From the NCBI GenBank assembly GCA_003427395.1, contig BFEA01000033.1, positions 3,053,913 to 3,117,912 of the forward strand: a stretch of DNA of 64,000 bases, read 5' to 3'. This stretch comes from Chara braunii (lineage: Eukaryota; Plantae; Charophyceae). The notes under the pieces are model-generated. The model did not search any database, was not told where the DNA came from, and worked only from the letters and a program-made list of their open reading frames with translations. Numbering within the stretch: the first letter of the stretch is position 1; the number at the start of each line of letters is the position of its first letter. Both the position numbers and the translations under genes were made by a program. Shown piece by piece: positions 1 through 12,060 of this stretch.

Positions 1-161
1 CCTTTTTTTTTTTTCCCTTCCTTCTTTTTTTATTTCTCATGTGGCTATCGTTTTTTATCCCCCGATAGACCAGCGTTGTTCCTGCGGATAAATATCTAGG
101 AGGCGAGCCTTCCGAAATGCAGTGTGAGGTTACCCACTGCATTTGTTATTTGTGTGGTTGT

Positions 162-195
162 AGCCCACAACGCCCCACCGCGGACACTTAACTAG
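162..195 (+). mobile_element. Possible decayed Helitron 3' terminus
   Basis: A degenerate GC-rich inverted repeat (gcccacaac...accgcggac) is followed 7 nt later by CTAG|T at 192-196. The hairpin only forms if G>A decay is assumed. Confidence 0.3.
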
Positions 196-258
196 TGTAT
201 ATATATATATATATATCTGTTTGACGATATTACAATATATATATATATATATATATAT

Positions 259-591
259 AAACTTCGACAAAATATTTTGTCACAACCCCTCGTTTGTTGT
301 CCTTTTCTCCCTCTCTGCCTGCTTTGATTTTTATCACAGGTAGCTTGAGGGCACTGGTTGGTGCCGACCTCATGGTATCAGTTCTCTGACAGTCGTTGAT
401 TTTTAACCATAATCGAGATTAAGGTGAATTATCACTTACAATATAATCAGTTGGGGGATTCTGCAGACTATTGAGGGTTCGACCTCCTGATGAGTCGGTG
501 AAACTCCGACGAACTAGTTTGTCACAACCCCTCGGTTGTTGTCCTCTTCTCCCTCTTTGTTTACGATTTATCGTGTATCTTTGTTTTACGA
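259..591 (+). mobile_element. Short non-coding hammerhead-bearing retroelement, partial tandem (period ~242 bp)
   Basis: 259-320 (aaacttcgac...tttgtcacaacccctcgtttgttgtcc...ctccctctctg) is repeated at 501-560. It starts right after a (TA)n run and ends in a variant of the family terminus (ttttacgat versus tttgacgat). Confidence 0.65.
463..522 (+). ncRNA. Type III hammerhead ribozyme (one core substitution)
   Basis: Stem III is GCAGACUA/UAGUUUGU, with an AUU triplet at 470-472. Stem I is GAGG/CCUC, CUGAUGA is at 487-493, and stem II is GUCGG/CCGAC. GAAC replaces GAAA at 511-514. Confidence 0.8.
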
Positions 592-751
592 TAAAAATAC
601 AAAAAACGAAACGAACGAGATTCTAAAAATAAAAAAGAACAAATAAATCAACACGAAAATGCTCTCTCTCTCTCTCTCTCTCTCTCGCTCACTCGCTCGC
701 GCGCACGCGTATGTGGTTAGATCGGAAAGAAAGAGAAGGCAAGAGAAACAA

Positions 752-972
752 AGAGGGAGTGCGGGAGGGTACACTTTGCCACGTCGTGAAAAACCACCTA
801 TTTTATTTTTGGGCCGAGTGTGAATGGGACACGCTTCACCTCTTCGTGCAACATAGTTTTTAAGGGAGGGAGGGAGAGAGGGTGCGCACTTCGCCGCATC
901 GCAAACTCACCTATTTTCCTTTTGGGCCGAGTGTGAATGCAACTGTTCACATCTTCAGGCACAACCAACAGA

Positions 973-1044
<72 letters not shown>

Positions 1045-1662
1045 GAGAGAGACACACACACACATATATAAATATATATATAGAGAGAGAGAGACATGCT
1101 TGAGTGCAGCCCAAGGACATGTTCGAAGGAGAAATGTTTAAATGCAGTTCGACAGTGCGCAGGTTCGGACAACTAACGGATGCCATATGCATCGGAGGAA
1201 GTCTCAATCATGCCCCGCTTGCAAGGGTGGTTCTGATTTCGAGCATCCAACGGTCACTGTCATCCCATCCGAAAATGTCATATGACTATAATCTGACCAC
1301 ATTGAAAAATACTCAAAACCAGAACTAAATGTCTCCCATATCCCCTCCTCGGCTTCGTGGTTTATCTATGCCTAACTTTATTTTTTGTTTTTTTCATCCT
1401 GTTCCCTAAAGTATTCCCTTGTTTTGCAAGAAAAAACACAAGGATGCATAACTATTGGCAAATGTTCGGTCCTTGTGGAAGTCGGGCCCCAAACCATGTA
1501 CCCCAAATGTTAGGCAAAAGGGGCAAACATGCTGAGAGGTAACCCCACTTCAACGAAGAGAGGTAAAACGTTATGCTTGCAAGGGTGCCCTTTAATAGCC
1601 TTAGAAGTAGTGGTAGGTAGGTAGTGAAAGAAAGATATGTTCCATGACGTGAGGGAACGCTA
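752..1662. repeat. Unclassified dispersed repeat with (CA)n/(GA)n core, copy 1
   Basis: Collinear with 13281-14240. It has an internal ~110-bp duplication (cacctattt...gggccgagtgtgaatg). Confidence 0.75.
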
Positions 1663-1771
1663 GTTAAGAATATATGAGGCTTCGAAGGGGGACCCATTGA
1701 TTTACTTTCGTAAGGGACGTTGGATCCATTTTTCGACTTTATATAAATAAATAAACGGGCTGGTTTAATAT

Positions 1772-1893
1772 ATATATATACATCATCAAACAAAGTTGCT
1801 CGGTAAACTGTAATCAGAGAGGGAGAAGAGGATAACAAATGAGAGGTTGTGACAAACTGTTTCGTCGGGGTTTCACCGACTCATCAGAAGGCT
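1772..1893 (-). mobile_element. 5'-truncated copy of the hammerhead element with intact CUGAUGA-stem II-GAAA
   Basis: The minus strand reads agcctt CTGATGA GTCGG tgaaacc CCGAC GAAA cagtttgtcacaacctctc...tttgatgatg(TA)n. Confidence 0.75.
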
Positions 1894-1903
1894 ATATTGT
1901 CAA

Positions 1904-1933
<30 letters not shown>

Positions 1934-1934
<1 letters not shown>

Positions 1935-2031
1935 AACCCCGACAGACTCGGAAGAGGTTGTCATAGCCCATCGTGTGTTTTCCTCTTCTCCCTCTCTGCC
2001 CACGGTTTACTGTGTAGCTTTATTTGACGAT
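1934..2031 (+). mobile_element. 5'-truncated copy of the hammerhead element, inverted relative to 1772-1893
   Basis: aaaccccgac...ttgtcatagcccatcg...ctcttctccctctctgcccacggtttac...tttgacga, flanked by TA-rich runs on both sides. Confidence 0.7.
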
Positions 2032-2489
2032 ATATGTATACATATATATACATGTATATATATATAATCATGGTTCTCAGGCCAAATGTTCGAGGGCCCC
2101 CGGGATGACCCCCAAACGTTCCGGCGTTCGGGGTCCCGTTTGGGGGCTGAACCTGAAGGGGTTCGGCCCCCGCCAAAAAATATTTCGGGGCCTAAAAATG
2201 TTTTTTGTTTGTTGAAGGTTTTTTTTAAAGTTCCTTAGCACATGCCATACACGCATGTAAATTTTCAAGGCATTTTTCCAAGCCAAAAAAAAAAAGCAAA
2301 ATCGTCAAAGATGGCGGTGTTAAAACATGCTCGACTACAATAACTCATTTTTTTTTTCGTCTTCATTTTTCACTTTTTTTGTGATTTTATTTTAATGCCT
2401 CAAATGTTTTATTATTTTTTGAAATTTTTTGCATGAGTTTTGTATCATGTGAAGTAAACATATGGCGGTGAAACAGTTTCACCCAGTTG

Positions 2490-3952
2490 ACCTGACATTC
2501 GCAGACACAGAGATTCGATTCCTAGACCTGTGCCCGAGCCCTGTGCATTGACCCTGTGTGATGAGTGATATTAAATCCCTAGACCTACCCTGTACCCTAT
2601 ACATAGACCCAGTGATCTGTGTGGGACTCGATCTCGTGACCTGTCCTACCCCCTAGGCTGGTCTGTAGGTCGGATAGGAGGACGCTATCCCTATGTTTGT
2701 AGATTAGGAGTTAGGTCTGTTACAGTTAGGCTTAGGAAGGACTGTTATTGAGGCCTAGAGTCTGTTTGTGAGTCTGTAGGCTCTAGATGGTCGTAGGTCC
2801 CTGTAGGCCAGTCCAGTCAGCAAGGGTGGGGGCTGCACCTGGGAAAGGTTCTGGACCACGCGGTGGGTTCCGCACGTTTTGGCCCAGAAGGCCACACGTT
2901 TGGAAGCTTCCCTCGGCCACGCGTTTTGGCGCAGACCCACATGTTTTGAGGCAGGTCCGAGTACCTCCGAAGAAGTAAAAATAAAGAGGCAACGTCCAGC
3001 CAGTCATTCATTCACCTGTGAGCCATGCGGAAGAGTTGCCTTGGTATCTTGCGCGTGGAGGTCTACAGGTGCCCGGAGAGGAAGTGGGTTGTGAGGAAGA
3101 CAGCGGCCATAGCTGGCTACTAAGGAGAACCCCGACGGTCATAGCTAGGAGGAGGAAGACGACGACGACCATAGCCGCACTGCTGTTGGTGCAGATAGAG
3201 TGTACAGAGTGTGCGTGTCTGTGTAGCGTGGACATTCCGGGTGATCCTCGTACGTGCGTGCACGAGGGAGAGTGAGGATAGTGGTTGAGACAGTGTTCAG
3301 TGGTCATAGCCGCAAGTTGTACAGTTGTTTCGAACAAAGTTTTAAATGCAAGTTCATTGTTGATTCTGAGTTGAAAAGTTTGGTTATGCCATCAGTCCTG
3401 TGTATGCATGTTGTGAGCAAGTCTTAAGTCGAGTCCGATTGCATTGGTAACGGAGCAGGTACCCGTTGCCCACGTTGAGTTGCAGCAAGCGAGGAAGGAG
3501 AAAGTCGCCATAGCCAGAGTACGGCAGGAGAGAGAGAGAGAACGACAAAGAGTGAGAGAGAGAGGAGGGGGACGACAACCATAGCTACCAAGCTCGGGGA
3601 AGAAGACGACCAGCAGGAAGAAGCAACGAGAGACACAGAGAGAAGAAAGAAAGAAGTTGACGAAGAGAGAGACAAAGTTGGCCATAGCCGAGGTGAAGAA
3701 GACGAAAGGTTTGACGAAGAAGGTCTGCCATAGCCGGGAGGTCGAAAGGTTGACCAGGGGAGTTGACCAACGTTGACCGGGTGTTGACCGGGAGTTGACC
3801 AAGGGCGTTGACCTCGATGTTGACCAGGAGTGTTGATCGACGAGTTGACCGAGACCATTGACCGGAGCGTCGACCCAGTTGGAGCGAGAAGACGAACGAT
3901 ACTATCTTGCTAAGCCCTGGCCTATCCCTTACCCTATGGGTGTGCACCTTCA
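2490..3952 (+). mobile_element. Probable 5' LTR/leader of Ty3/Gypsy element 1 (left boundary uncertain)
   Basis: Non-coding region upstream of gag, ending in ...ttca. It is followed by a TGG-initiated putative PBS (tggtacttgcc, 3956) whose tRNA I could not identify. gttgacc micro-repeats lie at 3750-3865. Confidence 0.4.
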
Positions 3953-4157
3953 CCTTGGTACTTGCCGACGTCGAGTTTGTCAGAGTTAGTCAGTCATATC
4001 TCCCTGTCACTTTTGTCTAGGTTGATAGGACTCCGTGGATGTGGTCGCAGAGCCGCGAGTCCAACCCGTGTAGTGAGTAGAAGTCCCGTAGATATAAGTT
4101 AACCTGGTGGGTTCATGTGTTGAGGCGCGAAATTGTTGTTGATTGTGCATTTTCACC

Positions 4158-6395
4158 ATGGTGACCCTCAAGTCAGGAGCTAGCACCACCCCCTACAGCA
4201 AGGAGCAAGAGGAGAGAGTTGTCACCCTTCTGCGAGAGAGGAAGGAGAGGATGGAGAAGAGGGAGTTGATCGAGCAGGCCAAGATGTTGGCCCTGCTAGA
4301 AGAGCAGATGAAGGAAAAGATGGAGAAGTGGACGAAGGAGCAGGAGGAGAAGATGATGACTATACAAGCGGAGGTGGAGAAAGAAGAACAAAAAAAAGAA
4401 GTGGTAAAAGAAGAAGTGTCATTGGAAAGAAGAAGAGGTGAAACCAATACGAGTAAGGAGGAGGAGATTGAGAAGATTACACAGGAATGGGTCGCACACT
4501 TGGAGTTGGGGGAAAATAGGGAGGCAGAACTGGCCATACCCCAAGAAGAGAGAGAAGCGGCAAGGAGGGAGTTGGAAGCAGAAAGGGACTTTGTGAGAAG
4601 AAGGGCGAAGGAGGAAGAACAACAGAGGGCATGAAAGTGGCGATTGTCCCAAGAGAGAGTTAGGCGTTTAAATGCGGCAGAGAAAGCAGAAAGGGACTTA
4701 AAGGAAGCAAAGGCCAGGATGGGGAAGATCAGGGCTGAGACCGAGCTAGCTACCAAAGTTGAGACCCTGACCAGAGTGTAGAATCCCTACCGATTGCACA
4801 TCTCGAGCAAAGGCACTATCTCCGCAGTTAAGAGATAAAGTTAGAATTGATACGCGCTAGATTTAAAGATTTTGCACGCGACATGGTGAAGTACTTGGTG
4901 GACCAGGTCCACTTGGCGATTAGTAAAACGAAAGAATTCTGCACCGGCGCCATTGAAGGCGCCAAGTTAGCGGCTGCTAGGGAAGAGGAGCCGGCCCCAC
5001 CACGCCGTGAGAAAGTTAAGGTCTGTTTCCCCGTACCCTTCATTGGAAAAAAAGGGGGAGAATTTCGATAACATAGAGGCCAGCGCGCACTCCTATCTGT
5101 ACTTGCAGAGAGTCACGCCTGAGGATCACGTTTTGGTGGCCTTCCGGACCCTTTAAGATGAGGCGAACAACTTTGCTAGGTCTCTAACTCGCGCTGTGAA
5201 CTATGATAATGATATGATCACCTATTCTAAATTGACGTCCCTCTATGAGTTACTGAAATCGCTCAGAGAGTCATTTTCTGATGTGACACGGACAGTTAAA
5301 GCCTCCGACAAACTACAAATGATCCACACGCGGAAGAGGAAGAGTGTGCATGCCCTTAAGTCCGCCATGGAGGAGTTAATTGTTGTTCCTGGACATGGAG
5401 TTACCGATGCCCAACTGGTCCAACTCTTCTATCGTGCCTTGCCTGAGAATATTTAGGGACATTTCTTTGAGAACAAGAATCAACAAGGTATGACGTACGA
5501 TGTCCTTAGCTGGGAGTCTGTCTCATTCGCCGCCCAAGCATTGCCAGTTACCACGTTCTGGCATAAGGACTTAACTAAGGGTAAAACGTGGAACGAACAC
5601 ACCATCTCTGGCCAAATTAAGGCCAGAGACAGTCTAAATTCTAACGATGGAGAAATGTGGTATTGAGGAGATCCCCTACTCAGACATTGAGTGGGGACTG
5701 GAGGAGGAGGAGAGTAGTGTAGACCAGGGGAGAACCTACGTTGTTGTCGCGGCCGGAGGGAGGCCACAAGGAGGAGGACGAGGACCTGGTCGAAATGATC
5801 AGGCCCTAGGTGGCCAAGGACAGGGCGGTCAGGGGGTTGGCGGCAATGGGGACCGTCAATTGGGAGGAAGGGGTTAAGGTCCTCCGTCTAACCGTCCGCG
5901 TTCAGGCCAAAGACAATCAAAATTCTAACGATGGAGAAAGGTGGTATTGAGGAGATCCCCTACTCAGACATTGAGTTGAGATTGGAGGAGGAGGAGAGTA
6001 GTGTAGACCAGGGGAGAACCTACGTTGTTGTCGCGGTCGGAGGGAGGCCACAAGGAGGAGGACGAGGACCTGGTCGAAATGATCAGGCCCTAGGTGGCCA
6101 AGGACAGGGCGGTCAGGGGGTTGGCGACAATGGGGACCGTCAAGCGGGAGGAAGGGGTCAAGGTCCCCTGTCTAACCGTCCGCGTTCTAGTCGGTCACCT
6201 AGACAGGGATGGTGGCACCCAGGCCGGCCTGAGGGCCGACCCTGGGAAAATCTGGGTTTAGAAGAAAAAGTATGGCAAAAACGCATTAACAAATCTCAAT
6301 GCGTGTTTTGTGGGGACTCAGGCCACATTACAAAGTTTTGTCCTAAGTATAGGAGTTGTGCTGCATCTGGGGCAGCAAAAGACAGTCGCCGGTAG
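4158..6395 (+). pseudogene. gag: Ty3/Gypsy gag, with stops and frameshifts
   Basis: MVTLKSG start, E/K/R coiled-coil, capsid-like segment (..QLVQLFYRALP..), Gly-rich tract and CCHC knuckle CVFCGDSGHITKFC at ~6300-6341. Confidence 0.85.
5620..6187 (+). repeat. 284-bp tandem duplication inside gag
   Basis: The ORFs starting at 5647 and 5931 encode nearly identical peptides, offset by 284 nt. Confidence 0.9.
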
Positions 6396-6595
6396 GGGTT
6401 GCAACCGCCCCTACCCTAGGAGTATGTGGATTTGAGCGTGCGAGCGAAGTAAAGTCTCCCACTCCACATATCTCCATGGCAGAGGTTGTAAGCCAGCTTC
6501 TAGTGAGTTGTCCAGATACTGCTTGTGTTAGGGTCTCTCTATACGCTTCCCTCACAGGCTTAGCTGAAGAGTGGAGAGAGAGGAGGCAAACCTAG

Positions 6596-8078
6596 GCCAA
6601 GATCAAGAAGGATAAGAAAGGACAACTAATCCTCGAAGCCGTAGAGATTTTTAGAGACAGAGTAGGGACCCTGATAGACAGTGGGGCAACTAAGAGTTGT
6701 ATTAGTCGTAAAGCGCCAAAAAAGTTGAAGCTTAACTTGAAAGTCCAATGATTAGTAGGACCTGTAGTCAGCATCCTTGCAGACAACAGTAGGATGCACG
6801 TCGATGAGTATGTTGAGGGGGTCCATACCTACTTTCGCCTAGAGAAAGAAGGGAAGGTAGAAAAGGTATTGCATTCGTTGACCCTCCTCGTAAAAGAGAA
6901 TTTCCCGTTTGACATGTTCTCAGACACAAACTGGGGAGAGGCAGCAGGAGCCACACTACACCTTAGAGAGAACGAGTGTACGCTCCCTAGTGCGTCAGGC
7001 GAAGTCAAGCAAGTTCGCCTGTACCTTGAGTCTGGGGTAGATAACCCCCTTGCCCATTGCTGCCGCAACGCTCCTTCATTCGCCAGACTCGTGCAAAAGG
7101 AGCAGCTCGAGGAGCATGTATTCGTAGCTTATGCAAAACCAATTTTTGACAAGCCAAAGCAAAAAGAGAAGATGCATCCTACTATCGCCAGTGTGCTAGA
7201 AGAGTACAAAGACTTATCTGAAGCACCTTCAGGAGTAGTGCCCGGACCAATCCAGCACCGTATAGAGATAGAACCTGACAGTAGAACGCCTAAGGGGGCA
7301 GTCTACAGGATGTCTGCCAAGGAGCTAGAGAAGCTTTGCAGACAGTTAAACGAGCTCTTGGATAAAGGATGGATAAATCCTAGTTCCTCAACCTTCGACG
7401 CACTTGTTCTGTTTGTCCAAAAGAAGGAGGAAGAGTTACACATGTGTATAGATCACAGGGGACTGAACGCCATCACGATCAAGAATGCAGAGCCATTGCC
7501 ACGTATAGACGACTTGTTAGATCGAGTGCAGGGATGCAAGTACTTCTCAAAGATAAATATGAAATCAGGGTACCATTAGATAGAGGTGCATCTTGACGAT
7601 CAGTATAAGACGGTGTTCAGAACAAGGTATGGGCATAAAGAGTTCATAGTAATGTCATTTGGACTAACTAATGCACCGACCACATTTCAGCGCTGCATGA
7701 ACGACTTGTTTAGGCCGTGGCTAGATAAGTTCGTCGTAGTGTATTTAGACAACATCTTAGTGTTCAGCAAGATCCTCGATGAGCATGAGGGTCATCTGAG
7801 GCAGATTCTAGGGAAGCTAAGAGAGTCTAATTTCAAGATTAATTCGAAGAAGTGCGAGTGGGTCAAGACAAAGGTCCTTTATTTAGGCCATGTACTAGAC
7901 GGAGACAACATTCAGCCTAAGGACAGTAAGATAGCATCTATTTGAGACTGGCCGACTCCTCGGATGCTGACGGAGTTACGCTCGTTCCTTGGATTGACTA
8001 ACTATTACAGGAAGTTCGTAAGGAACTTATCCACGACCGTTGCTCCCTTTTGTAGGTTACTCAAGAAAGAGACAATTT
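6596..8078 (+). pseudogene. pol: Ty3/Gypsy pol (protease + reverse transcriptase), truncated before RNase H/integrase
   Basis: Protease motif LIDSGAT at ~6671. RT motifs MCIDHRGLN, PLPRIDDLLD, MSFGLTNAP and YLDN (mutated YLDD), then LRSFLGL. There are in-frame stops, and homology ends after ETIWKW. Confidence 0.92.
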
Positions 8079-9141
8079 GGAAGTGGCCATTCGCCGGTGA
8101 GGCAGCGACCTCGAGCTTGCCTAGGATCTATCTTGGAACTAGATGAGACTGATTTTGAGATCGGGACAAGCATGCAGGTGCGAGAACAACGCGGGATTGC
8201 AGGACTTCGCTTTTGCCAAGGCTGCAATGACATGCGGCTATTGGAATACTAAATCTAAAAACGTCCTACCTAATAGCACTAGCCGCATGATTTAGAGTCT
8301 GTAACAGAAAAATTATGGCAAATTTTGTGACAGGATTATTACATGTAGGTCCCATTTATAAACCGTTGGAACTGTGTTAATAAACTGTTTGGCGGGGGGG
8401 GGTGTCATGTGGTCCACCAGAAGTGAAGGAATTTAACGTTGATCACAAATGTCGTAAACATAATATAGTGTGTCCAACTGTTGGTCCATTTGTTAAAAAC
8501 TTGTTGAAAAGTTGTTGGAAATTTATTAACCAATTGTTGAATATTGCACTTCTTGCCGGGAAAAAAAATTGAAATTGCTGCTTGTATCGTACATTTGTGT
8601 GGTTTCTTCCCATCTGAGTGTTTGTGTATGTATGTGGCTGATGAGAGTGTGACAAAACAACGCACATCATTATGGCAATACGAGGATCCGACTGATCCGT
8701 TGTCATTATGGCAGGTCAAGGCACGTAGGGTCGTTGCACTTGTAGGGAGATATGATAGAAACCTGACATTGTCCTCAAAGATCGTGGCCTTGCCATCAGA
8801 GGGAGGCGACAACGCAGTACAGGAATTACAGAACCTTGACCAACTTCTCTACCTTTTTCTCCTACTACACGATACACTATGCTCTTTCACATTTGTCAAT
8901 CTTTGAGTCTTCACGTACTCCTGAGATGCAATAGACACTGAATGCGAAAGAGAATGTTTTGCTGATGATGGTCGAAAAACTAAGGAGGGAGGGGGGAGGA
9001 GCGAGAGAGATAGAGGGGAGAGACAAGAAGAAGAAGAGAAGAATGTGGCATGTGCGGTTTGCTTTTGGTGGAACTGGACCGAATTTATGAAGTGGCACGC
9101 AGTAAGTAACGTTTCCTTTTTCATCTTCTGGCTTGCGATAG

Positions 9142-9447
9142 TTCATTCTACGGATGGACGCAAGAGGGAGCCTCAAGAATATAATTCGTTGCCTTGCTAG
9201 AAGCCGGGTTCACTACTTCGTGACATAATTTCACAGACATGTCATTCCGAAAGAGAGAGTGACACGTAGTAACAAACCTTTTTTTTTCCCTCTTCTGACT
9301 TGCAACAATTCATTCTACGGATGGACGCATGCGGGAGCCTGAAGAATATGGTTCGTTGCCTTGCTACAAGCAGGGTTCACTACTGTGTGACACAATTTCT
9401 CCAACATGTCAGTCCAAAGAGAGAGAGTAGCACGCAGTAGCCAACCT
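9142..9447. repeat. 168-bp-period tandem duplication
   Basis: ttcattctacggatggacgca...gttgccttgcta...gggttcactac occurs at 9142 and 9310. Confidence 0.8.
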
Positions 9448-9768
9448 TGCACCGACGACAACCAATAACATTTGCAGGCCGTGTGTGATGTTTGTCAACC
9501 GGATCTTTTCATGTTTTCGGTGTGCGTAGTTCTCTTTACGGTCACTGCGACGAAGTTATTGCAACGATCCTTGTCTTTTCTTTAACGAACTATTCCCTGT
9601 GCAAACTGTGAGGTCTTTATACATCATGATGTTAACACATCATATAGTTGCTCACTCTTGAATAAGACAATGATTTATACAGAACGGATTGTACAACATT
9701 GTATCATAAAGCATATGTTGTAAAATTATTGTTTGAGTATCGTACTTCACAGTCATTATCTCCGTTTG

Positions 9769-9869
<101 letters not shown>

Positions 9870-10008
9870 CCCCTCTCTCGCTCTCTAACATGCAATGACA
9901 GTGACCTTCTGCAACTCTTGCTGGCAGATTTCGTTGTGAAGCTTCCGATTCACACCAGTGTCTTTCTCTCTCCTCTCCGCCCATTGTTCAACGTCTGACA
10001 CACAAATT

Positions 10009-11811
10009 TTATCTATCCCTCTCCCCGTCTCTGCCTCTCTCACGGGTTGGTGCAATGAACTCCAAATCGAAATCGTCATCTGTTATCGTTATGTTATTTG
10101 GCCCACTCCTCTGGACAGAAGGCAGGCCAACTCGAAATAATGCAATGACATTCTTAGAAACAGATGCAACGTGGTCCAACATGAAGATCGAAAAACTCAT
10201 GACTGTGTCGCGGCTGCGGACAGATGAAGCGATGTCCTGCTTTATACATGCCAATTTTTGTATCTGGTCTGCCGCTCTACTGGTCTTTGCTATCTGCTCG
10301 ACTTCACATTTGAGAACTCTTTCTGCAAAAACCAGTTGCTGCAGTGTCCCGCCAAGGTTCATTCCGTCCCTCCTCATCTGAAAAACCTTTGTGAGTGTCG
10401 TCTTGAACGCAGGTGCGCCCCAAGGATCGTTACCGCTCCGTCTCCATGTTTTGTCCTCCTTCATCTCTGCTCGCATCTTGTTGTGAGTAGGGAGCTGGTG
10501 ATCCATTTGTTGCGATCGGACAAGTGGGGGACGTTTTTCTGTCCAAAACTAATACTTTAGTTGCCATGTTATCTCTCCATGCACTGTTGCCATCATCCTG
10601 TTGCACTCCCCTATCACCGCGCGAATCCCGATCTCCGCTGCGTGTGATCGCAATCCTTCCTCCGCATTCTGCCCTATTAGTTTTGCATTTGTTTGCAGCA
10701 CCATGAAAAATCCATTCTCCGTTGGGTAAAGTGTTGCATCCTTTGCAGCGCAAAACGCAAAGACTTTTGCGACTGAACGAAACAGTCTGTCCTTCATTTT
10801 CTTTGTGAACACGCCGCTTTGTTGGTCGAGTCTTTGCTCTCCTTCTCCGCTTGAGCATGTTTTTCTTTGCAAATTTGTATCATGTGGTGGAAGAGACACA
10901 TTAGAACGAAAAAATAATATTAACAAGCCGAAATATCGCCTTCACTTTGGTACCTGCAAAAATAGACAATTCAGTAAAAAAGTCCAGAAAGTTCGTGACA
11001 TCATGGATACGCTAGCATATTTCGCCCTTATGACTGCGACTTCCTACAAGGGGAGCAACACTAGCCGAGTTTGCTTACCTTCTTGAGTTCCGTTGTCCTT
11101 CCGCACAAGTTACCTGTCATTCGAGGGCTTGTCGCATGCGCCTCCCCCCCTTGTGTGTTGACGGTCGCTTCTGCATCTCGTTCTTTCTGGAAATGGTGAA
11201 ATCTCTCTGTCATCCACGCCCCTTACATCTTCATCTGCCTCTTCTTTATCCTTATCTCGCCATGTGTTGTCGCTGCTCCTCTCTTCCTCATCATCGCCCT
11301 CGTCTGCATCATGAGAACCTTTACCAGAAGTTTCACTGTCACCTCCCTCGTCGTTCATTGCCTCATCTTCCTCTCCGTCCGTCTTTTCGGATATGGAGTA
11401 CTCATATTCGTCTTCTGCTTTCTCTTCAACGGCGCTGTGCAAATCGTCCGAGTCTCTTAGATCGATCGTCCCCACTGTTTTGTCCTTTTTGTATGTGATT
11501 CTCTTCTTCGTCATGTGTTCTTGCTGTGATGTTTTTTCTCCACTCGACCTCGTCCCGAGCGCTCTCGGTGGACGGTTCTCGCTGCAGCTAGCTCGCTTCC
11601 TCTAGACGGGAGTTGTTGGGGGTGATTCGTTGCGTTCTTTCAACTTCGAACTCTCTCTCTAACGTGATGAAACAGAAATAAGTGGTTTGTTCACGTCCGC
11701 TTTATTTTCGATTTCTGGCATCCGCTTCTGCGATGTTCTCTTCTGTTTTTTTTGTTATCAGCCTTGCATTTCTTCCTCCCCTTATCGTTATTTTTCATGA
11801 GCTTCAAGGAC
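10009..11811 (-). pseudogene. Decayed, apparently spliced gene of unknown function (possibly transposon cargo)
   Basis: Protein-like fragments at 11110-11514 (acidic) and 10009-10506. There is a candidate GT-AG intron at ~11077-10954 and an acceptor at ~11812. Frames are disrupted and I recognise no domain. Confidence 0.35.
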
Positions 11812-11948
11812 CTGCACAGATCCTCATAATTTTGGCCTTGGAGCCATGACCCTTTTTTTCCCCACATACATCAAATTGAATACAACAATAACTGCGTCAG
11901 ATATATCCTGGGTCATTTCATACACCCCTGAACTGTAATGGCCGGGGG

Positions 11949-12012
<64 letters not shown>

Positions 12013-12022
12013 AACCATTATC

Positions 12023-12060
12023 CTGTCTCTTATACACATCTAGATGTGTATAAGAGACAG
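12023..12060. other. Nextera mate-pair junction adapter (assembly artefact)
   Basis: Exact CTGTCTCTTATACACATCT+AGATGTGTATAAGAGACAG (two head-to-head Tn5 mosaic ends), lying between microsatellites. Confidence 0.98.

Noticed and set aside
372-460. CA|TGGTATCAG Met-type PBS plus gggga PPT, making the hammerhead element a TRIM/LTR retrozyme
   Set aside because: Only 9 nt match, the two repeats do not share an end at this CA, and the other copies look 5'-truncated. It is not excluded but is unsupported.
1894-1945. Complete minus-strand hammerhead with (TA)n in loop I, using the GUC at 1941-1943
   Set aside because: The apparent 5' half is better explained as the reverse complement of stem II from the inverted neighbouring copy starting at 1934. 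The pairing is wobble-rich.
2069-2470. hAT-like left end (catggttctca with GC-rich subterminal motifs)
   Set aside because: No matching right TIR or TSD was found in the window.
8638-8985. Other CTGATGA hits (8638, 8962, also 26633 minus and 45403) as hammerheads
   Set aside because: They lack stem II followed by GAAA and have no stems I/III.
12023-12060. Tn5/IS50 ends as horizontal transfer
   Set aside because: It is the synthetic mosaic-end junction of Nextera mate-pair libraries.
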